From Bacillota bacterium (GTDB taxonomy: Bacteria > Bacillota > Dethiobacteria > DTU022): a DNA stretch of 64,000 bases. The position numbers and the translations under genes are program-made. A model generated the notes under the pieces. The model was not told the origin of the DNA and did no database searches. It saw only the letters and a program-made list of their open reading frames with translations. Where the stretch lies: positions 2,107 through 66,106 of the forward strand of contig JAHYJM010000002.1 of the NCBI GenBank assembly GCA_019428945.1, written 5' to 3'. Of the stretch, positions 1 through 9,737 are shown piece by piece. Numbering within the stretch: the stretch's first letter is position 1; the number at the start of each line of letters is the position of its first letter.

Positions 1-804
1 AAAGGAAAGAACTGCGAGAAATATCATAATGCCGGGAAAAACGGTAATCCACCATTTCCCGAGAATTAAAAAATCTTTCCCGCTGCTGAGCATTGCACCC
101 CATTCCGGAGTTGTGGGGTCGATGCCGACTCCGAGAAAACCAAGTGCTGCCGTATACAAAATTGCATCCCCCAAAAGAAGAGTCAAATAGACAATAACCG
201 GCGTTACAACATTAGGAAAAACATGGCCAGTAATTATCCATATATTTCCAGCGCCCATTGCCCTGGAGGCCTCAACATAAGGCATTTCTTTTACCGTGAG
301 GACAGAGCCGCGGACAATACGAGCCAGACTGGGGATGTAGATGATAGCAATAGCCAGCATCGCCTTCTCAATACCGGTTCCCAATGTCGCTGCTATTACC
401 AGGGCAAGCAGCAAAGGAGGAAAGGCTAGCAGGATATCAATAAAACGCATAATTACAATATCTACCACTCCACCGAAATAACCGGACACCAAACCGATAA
501 ACAGACCTGCAACAGCAGTTATTGCTATTACTGCGTACCCTACTTTCAGTGAAATGCCGGTTCCATGAAGAATACGCGAATAAATGTCTCGGCCCAGATT
601 GTCAGTACCAAGAATATGATCAGTATTACCCTCCCAAAAGCCAGGCTCAAAGCGTGCCTGTAAATTGATCTCAACAGGATCATAAGGCGCCAGGTAAGGA
701 CCGATCACTGCCAGGATCATAAGCACCGCAGCGATAAAAAATGCAACTACTGCCAGTTTGTTTTTCTTGTATACTTTGACAACCTGTTTGAATTCACTGT
801 TCAA
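1..804 (-). CDS. ABC transporter permease, OppC/DppC family. C-terminus is cut by the window edge.
   Basis: Reverse-strand translation from about 804 reads (L)NSEFKQVVKVYKKNKLAVVAFFIAAVLMILAVIGPYLAPYDP...LGTDNLGRDIYSRILHGT...IYIPSLARIVRGSVL. This has a typical OppC N-terminus and the EAA-like permease core. An AGGAG RBS sits upstream of a TTG start, and the gene lies immediately downstream of the OppB-like gene. Confidence 0.8.
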   Translation of the reverse strand, partial: MNSEFKQVVKVYKKNKLAVVAFFIAAVLMILAVIGPYLAPYDPVEINLQARFEPGFWEGNTDHILGTDNLGRDIYSRILHGTGISLKVGYAVIAITAVAGLFIGLVSGYFGGVVDIVIMRFIDILLAFPPLLLALVIAATLGTGIEKAMLAIAIIYIPSLARIVRGSVLTVKEMPYVEASRAMGAGNIWIITGHVFPNVVTPVIVYLTLLLGDAILYTAALGFLGVGIDPTTPEWGAMLSSGKDFLILGKWWITVFPGIMIFLAVLSF

Positions 805-821
805 TAGCTTACCGCTCCTTA

Positions 822-1832
822 TTATTCATAACGAATACGTGGATCCAGGTAGGCATAGAAAAGATCAACCACAATATTTATTGCAATAAAAGCGAATGCA
901 ACAAAAAAAACTACCCCCTGTACAACAGGGTAGTCACGAACACTAATAGCGGTTACCAAAAGCCGACCAATACCAGGCCAGGAAAAAACAGTCTCGGTCA
1001 GAATAGCACCACCCATCAGTTTAGCCAACTGCAGCCCAATCACAGTTACTACTGGAATCATGGCATTTTTCAATGCATGCGTGAACACTACTTTATTCTC
1101 CCGCACACCTTTTGCCCGTGCAGTCCGAATATAATCTTCGCTGAGAACATCAAGCATACTCGAGCGGGTAACCCTGACAATAAGAGCCAGCGAAACTGTA
1201 GCAAGAGAAAACGCAGGCAAAGCGAGATGCTTAAGGGCATCCCAAAAATAACTAATGTTACCGGCGAAAAGAGCATCAACCAGGTAAAGTCCGGTCACCT
1301 GGGGAATCGCAATACCCATCGCTAATCGCCCTGAAACCGGAAGCCAGCCAAGTATAACTGAAAAGAAAAAAATGAGCATCATTCCCAGCCAAAATATTGG
1401 AATTGATACCCCAAGCAATGAAAACCCGATCATTGAATAATCGATTGTTGTATTTCTGTATCGCGCAGCGCTTACCCCAAAAATTATCCCAAATACCACT
1501 GCTATAAATAAAGCAACCACTGTTAACTCCACAGTGGCCGGCAACCTGCTCATTATCTCCTCAATAACGGGTTGATTACTTCTGATTGAAATACCGAAAT
1601 CACCCTTAACAGCATTTGAAAACCAATTCCAGTATTGAATATGCAGGGGTTGGTTAAGCCCGAGTCTCTCTTCCAGGGCAAGCCGTGAAGCATCTGTTAC
1701 TCTGTCGCCCAACATGATATCAACCGGATCACCGGGAATCATATGAATCAACAAAAACACAATTATGCTCACACCAATTAGTGTTGGCAGGGTAAGAGCA
1801 AGTCTTTTTATGAAATATTTATATAATGCCAT
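822..1832 (-). CDS. ABC transporter permease, OppB/DppB family (oligopeptide or dipeptide).
   Basis: 336 aa, MALYKYFIKRLALTLPTLIGVSIIVFLLIHMIPGDPVDIMLG...YIRTARAKGVRENKVVFTHALKNA. These are canonical DppB/OppB motifs and the protein has 6 TM helices. Confidence 0.85.
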   Translation of the reverse strand: MALYKYFIKRLALTLPTLIGVSIIVFLLIHMIPGDPVDIMLGDRVTDASRLALEERLGLNQPLHIQYWNWFSNAVKGDFGISIRSNQPVIEEIMSRLPATVELTVVALFIAVVFGIIFGVSAARYRNTTIDYSMIGFSLLGVSIPIFWLGMMLIFFFSVILGWLPVSGRLAMGIAIPQVTGLYLVDALFAGNISYFWDALKHLALPAFSLATVSLALIVRVTRSSMLDVLSEDYIRTARAKGVRENKVVFTHALKNAMIPVVTVIGLQLAKLMGGAILTETVFSWPGIGRLLVTAISVRDYPVVQGVVFFVAFAFIAINIVVDLFYAYLDPRIRYE

Positions 1833-1965
1833 TCGCGCCCACCTTCATAAGAGTTGAGTGCGTGAAGAAAAAAGAAACTTTTCATACAATATAACATAAT
1901 GATGTAAATATTTCAACATATGTTTTATGAAATATTTATTACATAATTTAAGTATAGTCGTCTCA

Positions 1966-2010
1966 CGAGTAACTCAAAAAGGTGTCTGACACAAATTTGA
2001 GTTATTTTAC
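1966..2010. repeat. Copy A of a ~42 bp palindromic intergenic element (TAACTCAAA-N-GTGTCTGACAC-N-AATTTGAGTTATTTT).
   Basis: The sequence taactcaaaaaggtgtctgacacaaatttgagttatttt overlaps the stop of the aldolase gene. A nearly identical element occurs at 35923-35968. Confidence 0.5.
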
Positions 2011-3279
2011 AGAGGTTGCTTTTTTCGAATAGCGTTTGAGGTAAATATAGCGCATCAGGAGACATTCATGGGGTTTAATTGGTTTTCCCAGTTCAAAATA
2101 TTTCGAGGCAATTACAGCTCTGCAGTTCTTCTCGAAGATCATTACAGCAGCAGTGGCATCAGTGATATTGGGGCCGCAGCAGAGAGCGCCGTTACCGGAT
2201 ATAATTACTGCGTCACGGCCCTTCATCTTGCTGAGAATCTCTCCGGCCACCTTTTCAGGAGCGGCTGTGTAGTCGGGAAAAGCTATCCTGGAATTTATTC
2301 CGATAATCTGGGCGAAATCATCAACCATGGGATATATGTTTCTCCCGGCCCGGGAAATAGCTAAAACATCAGGTAGCACAGTGTGCACTATTGCGCCCAG
2401 ATCATTTCGTTTATTGTAGATCTCGCGGTGAATGGCTGCTGCATTGCTTTCTGCAATATTGTTTAAATCAGGTTTATCAGGGCAAAGCCTGACTGCATCT
2501 ATTGGTTCAGAGTTATACTTTCCGGATGCTTTAGTAACTCCATCTGCGCGATAAAAAGCTATTCTGTTACCTTCCTTAACACTATCGTACAAAGGGATAT
2601 TTACCTGTGAACTGGTTGTAAATCCCGGTTTCCCATAACGGCTTACATAGTAATCGCTCATCTCAACGGGATCAAAACTGCTGCTGCCGCTAACCTCCAG
2701 ATAACGGTTTACCAGGTAATCGTAACAGATCTTCTCTGTCGTTAATGCAACTTTGAATGCTTCATTATCGTCCCCGCCAAGGCATAAAGCGCCGTGAGCT
2801 TTCAACAGGAAGGCTTTAATATCGGATGCAGCAGCAAGGACCGCTGCAAAATTTCTTATTAGAGCCTTTGTCCCCGGCAAGCCATAAGGGACAGATATAA
2901 TATTCCCACCCAACAAATCTAATGCTTCCGAAGATATAACATTTATATCTAGCCCAAGGGGACTGAGAGCTGATGCATTAAGCTGATGGGTATGGATAAT
3001 AAAATTAATATCTTTACGCTGGCTGTAAGCAGCTGCATGGACTCCTTTTTCTGAGGAAGGTTCAATGCCTCCCTTATAGCTTCCATCATTAATGTTTACT
3101 GTAACAATTTCTTGAGGCGTCAGGGTTTCATAAGCGCGTCCGCTGGGCGTAATAACAAACCTGTTATGATCTATCCGACAGCTGACATTACCCCAGGTAC
3201 GGGCAATTAGTCCTGTTTCAATCAACCTTTTCCCGGCCAGAATAACTTTTTCTTTCGCCTCGCATATATCCATCTTCAT
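2002..3279 (-). CDS. Class II aldolase/adducin family protein with two tandem aldolase-II domains (FucA/AraD-like).
   Basis: 425 aa. The N-terminal half (LAGKRLIETGLIARTWGNVSCR...FIIHTHQLNASALS) and the C-terminal half (AIHREIYNKRNDLGAIVHTVLPDVLAISRAG...) each resemble a ~200 aa class II aldolase domain. Confidence 0.65.
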   Translation of the reverse strand: MKMDICEAKEKVILAGKRLIETGLIARTWGNVSCRIDHNRFVITPSGRAYETLTPQEIVTVNINDGSYKGGIEPSSEKGVHAAAYSQRKDINFIIHTHQLNASALSPLGLDINVISSEALDLLGGNIISVPYGLPGTKALIRNFAAVLAAASDIKAFLLKAHGALCLGGDDNEAFKVALTTEKICYDYLVNRYLEVSGSSSFDPVEMSDYYVSRYGKPGFTTSSQVNIPLYDSVKEGNRIAFYRADGVTKASGKYNSEPIDAVRLCPDKPDLNNIAESNAAAIHREIYNKRNDLGAIVHTVLPDVLAISRAGRNIYPMVDDFAQIIGINSRIAFPDYTAAPEKVAGEILSKMKGRDAVIISGNGALCCGPNITDATAAVMIFEKNCRAVIASKYFELGKPIKPHECLLMRYIYLKRYSKKATSVK

Positions 3280-3680
3280 CGCTCTTTCCTCATAACATAT
3301 AGAGTATAAATCAGTTGTTATCCAGTCAGCTCTTCAAGCTGCCTGTTTACAAGTTTACCCTGGTCTGAGGCAAAATTTAATCTTGCTTATATCAGTTTAC
3401 AGGATCCAATCCTTTTTGTGGAGTAAAATAAAGGAATTTAGTCCCTTTTGTTTAATTATTTCTATAATTAACGAAAAGAGACGATGTTTGTACCGGATTC
3501 AGCGAATATATTTGCTGATTACGATTTAGACTAAATAGGGTGAAGCATCCAGCTGTTTGGTGCCAAAATGCAAGCTCTGATTACCGTTGACAATAATGGG
3601 CAGCACCTCTGACAGGCTATGATATATATATGGATCTGTGCCGGGATTAAAATACAATAAAAAATGAAAAAGGTGATCTC

Positions 3681-5414
3681 ATGGCTGGTAACTGGAGTGC
3701 CAAAGAACGGGATGATCTAATTCTCACAACCGCCGGCAGAAATTATGAAGTAATAATAATCGGCGGAGGAATAACCGGAGCAGGGATAGCCCGTGAGTGC
3801 GCTTTAAGAGGAATTTCGTTCTGCCTGCTTGATAAAAAAGATTTTGCTTTCGGCACTTCTTCACGATCATCGAAGCTTTTTCACGGCGGCCTACGCTACC
3901 TCGCCTCCGGTGAGCTTGGGCTGGTTCGTGAATCTACCAGTGAACGCAACTGGCTGCGCTGCCATTTTCCAAACATGGTAAGGCCACTCGGTTTTGTCTA
4001 TCCCTCTTACCAGAAAAGTAAATCAACACCCCTGAAAGTTCGTCTTGCTGTATTTCTGTATACTATCATTTCCGATTGTTTCAGCGAGTTTAAGAATTAC
4101 CGCAAGGGGCGAATTTTTAGCGCCTCGTTTATTGAAGAATTCGAACCTGCCATAACCCTGGAAGACCCTGAATTGGGGAAAATGACTATTGCCGGTTACT
4201 ATTATGATACAAATTGTGATGATGCAAGGGTAACCCTGGAAATTATCAAGGAAAGTATCAGCAAACCTAAAAACCCGTCATGCGCTCTTAATTATGCTGC
4301 TGTGAAAAAACTTATTAAAAATTCAACAGGCCGGATTACCGGTGTATCTGTGCAGGATGAATTTAGCGGAGAGTCTTTTGATATCAAAGGTTCCTGTGTG
4401 GTCTCTGCAGCGGGTATATGGACTGATGAAGTGCTGTCATCATTTGGTAAGTGGGATCCAAGAATCTACCCGACCAAGGGAGTGCACATTGTCGTACCGG
4501 CCGAAAGACTTGGCATTCGTAATGCTTTCAGCCTGGTTTCTCTTGATGACGGGCGCTTTTTTTTCATTCTGCACAGGGGGCGTGTTTCAGTGATAGGTAC
4601 CACGGACACTGCCTACTTTCCTGAATCGAAGAATCTGGACGAACCCTGGTGTACAAGGCATGATTGCGATTACCTTTTAAAAACAGTCAACCGGATTTTT
4701 CCTCATGCGCAGCTTAAAGATGATGACATAATCAGCGCTTATGCCGGAGTCAGGCCACTTATCAGGCAAGAGGACGCCAGACACGAGTCTGACGTATCAC
4801 GAAAACATGAAATCTTTCAGACGGAAGAGGGCGTGGTAGCAATAGCCGGAGGGAAATCAACAACTCACCGGCGTATGGCTGAAGACCTTCTATTCTACCT
4901 GGTTAAACATAACCTCATCAAAAGCTTTACAAAAGCGGAGTATGGCAAGCCTGGTTTTTCAAAACAACCTTTTAAAATCGCTTTAACCAGGAAGGAATTC
5001 GACCAGATCTTAAGTGTAAAAAACCTCTGGAATGCTGCCCACCCTGTGCAACTGGAATATTATTATACCCAGTTTGGACGCGGTGGGATTAAGATTCTTG
5101 AAGCGATACAAAACAGCCCCGATAAAGGCAAATCATTGCTGGAAGGATACCCGCACTGCAGAGCCGAAATTGAGTATATCCTTGACAATGAATTTGCCCC
5201 TAAACTGATCGATATTTTGTGCAGGCGCACCGAAGCGCAATGGACAATCTGGCATTACAAGCAGTCAGATCTTGCATCAGCTGTGGCAGAAATAATGGCT
5301 GACTACTACAGTTGGGATGACAGCAGAATGAAAACAGAAATTGACGAATACCTCAAGTATGTAAAAAACAACGTCCGTTTTCTTAATCAGATCAGCGGGT
5401 ATAGAAAAGAATAG
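3681..5414 (+). CDS. glpD: FAD-dependent glycerol-3-phosphate dehydrogenase/oxidase (GlpD/GlpO-like).
   Basis: 577 aa. The N-terminus YEVIIIGGGITGAGIARECALRGISFCLLDKKDFAFGTSSRSSKLFHGGLRYL matches the GlpD/GlpA FAD-binding signature, and a C-terminal alpha-helical domain is present. Confidence 0.85.
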   Translation: MAGNWSAKERDDLILTTAGRNYEVIIIGGGITGAGIARECALRGISFCLLDKKDFAFGTSSRSSKLFHGGLRYLASGELGLVRESTSERNWLRCHFPNMVRPLGFVYPSYQKSKSTPLKVRLAVFLYTIISDCFSEFKNYRKGRIFSASFIEEFEPAITLEDPELGKMTIAGYYYDTNCDDARVTLEIIKESISKPKNPSCALNYAAVKKLIKNSTGRITGVSVQDEFSGESFDIKGSCVVSAAGIWTDEVLSSFGKWDPRIYPTKGVHIVVPAERLGIRNAFSLVSLDDGRFFFILHRGRVSVIGTTDTAYFPESKNLDEPWCTRHDCDYLLKTVNRIFPHAQLKDDDIISAYAGVRPLIRQEDARHESDVSRKHEIFQTEEGVVAIAGGKSTTHRRMAEDLLFYLVKHNLIKSFTKAEYGKPGFSKQPFKIALTRKEFDQILSVKNLWNAAHPVQLEYYYTQFGRGGIKILEAIQNSPDKGKSLLEGYPHCRAEIEYILDNEFAPKLIDILCRRTEAQWTIWHYKQSDLASAVAEIMADYYSWDDSRMKTEIDEYLKYVKNNVRFLNQISGYRKE

Positions 5415-5552
5415 TGCTGATCTTTTTAAAACCTGATATTTCTGCTTCAGGGTAAGACACAAAATTTAATAGATTTGATAAGCGAGCAGTCTGCCATTCA
5501 GCTATTCGATTTGACATTTAAAACTTTGCACCGCCAGAAATAAACAAACTCA

Positions 5553-5589
5553 CAAAAAGAGCGGTATCAGAATACATATCCGCTCTTTT
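5553..5589. terminator. Bidirectional rho-independent terminator between the convergent glpD-like gene and the acyl-CoA synthetase gene.
   Basis: aaaaagagcgg-tatcagaatacatat-ccgctcttttt forms an 11 bp stem flanked by A/T runs on both sides. Confidence 0.6.
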
Positions 5590-5612
5590 TATTAAAATCA
5601 ATATCTATATAT

Positions 5613-7409
5613 TTAACTATAAAGTTTTTCAATATCGTCAGCGTAAGTATCGATTACGTTACGACGTTTAAGCTTCATGGTCTGGGTAAGCATCCTGTTT
5701 TCAATCGTAAAATCTTCCCTTAAAAACAAGAATTTTTCTGGTATTTCATACCCTCCGAAAGTATTCCGCAAGTGAGCCTTAATCTCTTCTGTCATCATAT
5801 CTCTGAACTTTTCATTACTTAGTAAATCATCTGGATCGGCAGATACATTTTCTATAGCGGCCCAGCGGGCTGTTACCTCGAAATCGGGCAAAATCAGACA
5901 GATGTTATAGGGTTTTCCATCTCCATAAACCATGGCATTGGCAACATAAGGCATAAGCTTAACTTCCTCTTCAATTACTGCGGGAAAGACATACTTTCCA
6001 TTGGTAAGTTTGTATTGTTCCTTGATCCGTCCGGTAATCCATAAAAATCCGTCTTCATCAAATCTGCCCCGGTCACCGGTACGAAAACCACCATCGGCCA
6101 TGATCACTGCAGCAGTTTCTTCCGGTTTGTTGTGATAACCTTTCATGATATTCGGCCCGTAAACAATAATTTCACCATCTTCGGCTCCCTCTTCCGATAC
6201 GGTACGATCAATGACTACTTTTTGCCCGTCCAATACCTTGCCCACGCTGCCAATCCTCCAGTCGTTGGGGCTGTTCATTGTTACAGCCGGTGATGTTTCA
6301 GTAAGGCCGTAACAGTCGTAAATAGGAATACCAATATCGTAATAAAATTCTGCTATTTCTTTATTCATGGCGGCACTGGCGGTAAGAGCACCAGTAACTC
6401 TGCCACCCATCGCTTCACGTACTTTAGAAAAGACAATCTTATCAAGCAGTTTTTGTTTAAAATTGAGAAAACCGTTTGTTCTGCCTTCTTCCGCAAGTTC
6501 ACGCTTTTCCCTTGCTGTGGCACAGGCTAAGTCAAATAGCTTTTTCTTCAATCCACCGGCATCGCTCATTTTTAACTGTATGCCATCATAAATCTTGTTA
6601 AATACCCTTGGTACGGATATTAAGTATGTCGGCCTGATAATCTTTAAATCCTCAGCGAGAGTGGTGACGTCGCGCATAAATCCGAGTGACCCGCCAAACT
6701 GAATCCAGTTATTTAACTCGGCGCTCAGTGCATATGAATGGGCCCATGGCAACATGGATATGCCAACCTGGCTTTCAACCAGATCAGGGTATAGTCGATA
6801 CCCGGCACGTGAACAATAGGTCAGGTTGCCGTGTGTCAGAAGAACACCTTTAGGTTCGGCAGTGGTCCCTGATGTATAGATCAGCACTGCTACATCATCG
6901 AAAACAGGAATGAGAGGTTCAACCGGTGCTTCTTCGCCAATTTTCTCAAGTGCAGCCATACTGATTTCGCTGTCTGAATCAATAATAAATATCTTTTCCA
7001 GTGTTTCAATTTCATCGCAAAAGCCTTTGACTTCATCGTAAATATCCTGACTCGATACCATCAAGAATTTTACAGCGCTGTCCGCAATTATATATTTCCA
7101 GGTCTGGGTAAGTTCCTTCTCATACATTGGGATAAACCGGGCATTACGCCCATAGGTTGCATAGGCCAGGACTGCCCATTCAGGACGGTTTGGCGCTATT
7201 ATCCCAACAGCATCGTCCTTTCCTATGCCGAGTTTTGCCAGGCCTCCCCTGGCATTGTTTATTCGCTTGCCGATTTCACCATAACTAAGAGGGGCTATCC
7301 CTCCCTCGCTGTCATGCACCCAAAATAAAACATTATCGCTGAACTTTTTTTCGCTTTCAATCCACCAATCAACAAGGTTGTCAGGTTTTTCATACACCCA
7401 GGATGCCAT
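5613..7409 (-). CDS. Long-chain acyl-CoA synthetase (AMP-forming, FadD-like).
   Basis: 598 aa. The AMP-binding motif YTSGTTAEPKGVLLTHGNL, plus GYGLTET and a C-terminal lid, identify it. It is a paralog of the 7696-9495 gene. Confidence 0.85.
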   Translation of the reverse strand: MASWVYEKPDNLVDWWIESEKKFSDNVLFWVHDSEGGIAPLSYGEIGKRINNARGGLAKLGIGKDDAVGIIAPNRPEWAVLAYATYGRNARFIPMYEKELTQTWKYIIADSAVKFLMVSSQDIYDEVKGFCDEIETLEKIFIIDSDSEISMAALEKIGEEAPVEPLIPVFDDVAVLIYTSGTTAEPKGVLLTHGNLTYCSRAGYRLYPDLVESQVGISMLPWAHSYALSAELNNWIQFGGSLGFMRDVTTLAEDLKIIRPTYLISVPRVFNKIYDGIQLKMSDAGGLKKKLFDLACATAREKRELAEEGRTNGFLNFKQKLLDKIVFSKVREAMGGRVTGALTASAAMNKEIAEFYYDIGIPIYDCYGLTETSPAVTMNSPNDWRIGSVGKVLDGQKVVIDRTVSEEGAEDGEIIVYGPNIMKGYHNKPEETAAVIMADGGFRTGDRGRFDEDGFLWITGRIKEQYKLTNGKYVFPAVIEEEVKLMPYVANAMVYGDGKPYNICLILPDFEVTARWAAIENVSADPDDLLSNEKFRDMMTEEIKAHLRNTFGGYEIPEKFLFLREDFTIENRMLTQTMKLKRRNVIDTYADDIEKLYS

Positions 7410-7695
7410 TTACCACTGCTCCTTTAATAAATAAATTTTCAGTTACATTGGAAAAGTTTGAAGTCCACCAATATATGAAACGATATTTGCGTTCTTCGCC
7501 TAATTTTAAATATTTCGCGTTATTTGTCAATATTCCTGCACAAAGATTAATTATAATAAATAGTCAGCGCCCATAAAAGACGCTAATAAAAAAACAACAG
7601 GCACCTTTCAATAGTGCCGCCTGCTGTTTGATCTAAGGCTATAACTCCCTGATCCGTTTATGTAAAAATATTTTCCTTTTATGCTTATTTATATC

Positions 7696-9495
7696 TCAGT
7701 TATAGAGAGCAGCTATCTCTTTGGAATAGTTTTCGATGACTGCCCGTCTTTTTAATTTCATTGTCTGGGTCAGCATTTTATTGTCAACTGTAAAATCTTC
7801 ACCGATCAAGTAGAATTTCTCGGGAATTTCATAGCGCCCGAATGTTTCACTAAGATGATCTCTTATTTCATCCTCAAGGGTTTCTTTGAAATCTTCGTTC
7901 ATCAACAGATTAGGCGGATCATCTGAAACCCCTTTTTCTGCCGCCCAACGTGATGCTACTTCAAAATCAGGATAGATCAGGCACACATTATATGGCTTTC
8001 CGTCACCATAAACCATGGCATTTGCAACCTTGGGCAGTAGTTTTATTTCTTCCTCTATTGAAGCAGGAAAAACATATTTACCGTTCGAAAGCTTATACTG
8101 CTCTTTAATTCTGCCGGTAATCCAGAGAAAACCATCTTCATCAAGATGCCCACGATCGCCTGTGCGAAAACCACCGTCGGACATTATTACGGCTGCCGTC
8201 TCTTCCGGTTTATTATGGTAACCCTTCATCACATTGGGACCGTAAACAATTATTTCGCCATCATCGGCGCCTTCTTCAGAAACCGATTTATCAATTACCA
8301 CTTTCTGACCCTCCATAACTTTTCCCACACTGCCAATCTTCCAGGCTAGAGGGCTGTTCATACTTACACCAGGTGCTGTTTCCGTCAGCCCGTAACAGTC
8401 GTAGATTGAAATGCCGATATCAAAGAAAAACTCGGCTATTTCTTTGTTCATAACTGCACTTCCGGTCATAGCGCCGATAATCCTACCGCCAACAACTTCT
8501 CTTATCTTAGAAAAAACAATCTTGTCAAGTATGGCGTGCTTAACATTCACTGCCATGCTCATTTTTCCGGCATCGGCAAGCTCACGTTTTCTTTTTGCTG
8601 TAAGACAGGCGGCGTCAAATAATTTCTTTTTCATTCCACCTGCATCACTCATTCTCATCTGTATCACATCATAAACTTTATTAAAAACACGCGGCACGGA
8701 GACGAGAAAATGTGGTCTGATCAGCCGCATATCTTCGGCTAAAGTGCTGACATCCCGCATGAAACCAAAAGTGCCACCGAAATGTATCCATGATGTGAGC
8801 TCCGCTGTAATAGCATAAGAATGCGCCCAGGGCAGCATTGAAATACCAACCAGGCCTTCCCTTAGATCGGGAAAGAGCCTGAGACCTGTTAATGCACTGT
8901 ATGTAATGTTACCATGACTGAGTAAAACTCCTTTTGGATCAGCTGTCGTTCCGGAGGTATAGATTAATACAGCAATGTCGTCATAATTTGGTATTAGCGG
9001 TTCTACAGGATTTTTTTCACCATGCAATTCAAGTGATGCCAGGCTGTTTTCCCCATCTGATTCGATAATATATATCTTCTGAAGTGCAGGTATCTCTAAG
9101 GGAAAGTTTTTTACTTTTTCATATATTTCATGATTTGAGACGATGAGGAATTTCAACCCGCTATCCCGTATAATATATTTCCAGGTTTTTTCAAGTTCTT
9201 TTTCATACATGGGAACATATTTTGCATTCCTGCCAAAAACAGCAAAAGCAATTACCGCCCATTCAGGCCGGTTATTTGAAATAATTCCGACTGTATCGCC
9301 TTCTTTAACTCCATGCTCAGCCAATCCACCCCTGACATTGGCTATTCTGACACCAATATCTCCATAACTGATCGAATCAAGTCCGCCACGATTATTATGC
9401 ACTAAAAATAAGTCAGTATCCTGATATTTCTTTTCGCTTTCGATCCACCACTCTACAAGGTTGTCCGGTTTTTCGTAGCTCCACATATTTGCCAC
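7696..9495 (-). CDS. Long-chain acyl-CoA synthetase (AMP-forming), tandem paralog.
   Basis: 599 aa, YTSGTTADPKGVLLSHGNITY. It is colinear with 5613-7409 and roughly 65-70% identical along the whole length. Confidence 0.85.
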   Translation of the reverse strand: MANMWSYEKPDNLVEWWIESEKKYQDTDLFLVHNNRGGLDSISYGDIGVRIANVRGGLAEHGVKEGDTVGIISNNRPEWAVIAFAVFGRNAKYVPMYEKELEKTWKYIIRDSGLKFLIVSNHEIYEKVKNFPLEIPALQKIYIIESDGENSLASLELHGEKNPVEPLIPNYDDIAVLIYTSGTTADPKGVLLSHGNITYSALTGLRLFPDLREGLVGISMLPWAHSYAITAELTSWIHFGGTFGFMRDVSTLAEDMRLIRPHFLVSVPRVFNKVYDVIQMRMSDAGGMKKKLFDAACLTAKRKRELADAGKMSMAVNVKHAILDKIVFSKIREVVGGRIIGAMTGSAVMNKEIAEFFFDIGISIYDCYGLTETAPGVSMNSPLAWKIGSVGKVMEGQKVVIDKSVSEEGADDGEIIVYGPNVMKGYHNKPEETAAVIMSDGGFRTGDRGHLDEDGFLWITGRIKEQYKLSNGKYVFPASIEEEIKLLPKVANAMVYGDGKPYNVCLIYPDFEVASRWAAEKGVSDDPPNLLMNEDFKETLEDEIRDHLSETFGRYEIPEKFYLIGEDFTVDNKMLTQTMKLKRRAVIENYSKEIAALYN

Positions 9496-9628
9496 CCCCT
9501 CTTAGATTTTATGTGTGTCGATCTGAAGGCATTGCATATACTCGAACCATTATACATTATTTTCTGTATATTTTAAACATTAATTTTTTTGCCTCCCCTG
9601 TTCAATATAATTTATTTTACTAATAAGG

Positions 9629-9658
9629 TTGACATCACTCATAGACAATTAATATAAT
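9629..9658 (+). promoter_or_regulatory. Sigma-A-type promoter for the mod operon.
   Basis: TTGACA (9629-9634), an 18 bp spacer, then TATAAT (9653-9658). Confidence 0.45.
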
Positions 9659-9673
9659 TGATTTGTGCTAATG

Positions 9674-9737
9674 CCCTTTCCCTGCAGGAAAGGGTTCATT
9701 TACCCGGGCGTTATACTTATAAAAGTATAACGCCCGG
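9674..9737 (+). promoter_or_regulatory. Leader hairpin (9674-9694) followed by a perfect ModE-operator-like palindrome (9703-9737) upstream of the mod operon.
   Basis: The hairpin is ccctttcc-ctgca-ggaaaggg. The palindrome is cccgggCGTTATACTT-ataa-AAGTATAACGcccgg, which resembles the E. coli ModE site CGTTATAT..ATATAACG. Confidence 0.45.

Noticed and set aside
1077-1325. Numerous short ORFs (60-120 aa) embedded in or antisense to large genes, for example 1077-1325, 2068-2364, 8015-8674, 32280-32961, 35956-36396 and 45101-45903.
   Set aside because: They lie within well-supported CDSs on the other strand or frame, lack an RBS, and have biased, non-protein-like composition. They are treated as spurious.
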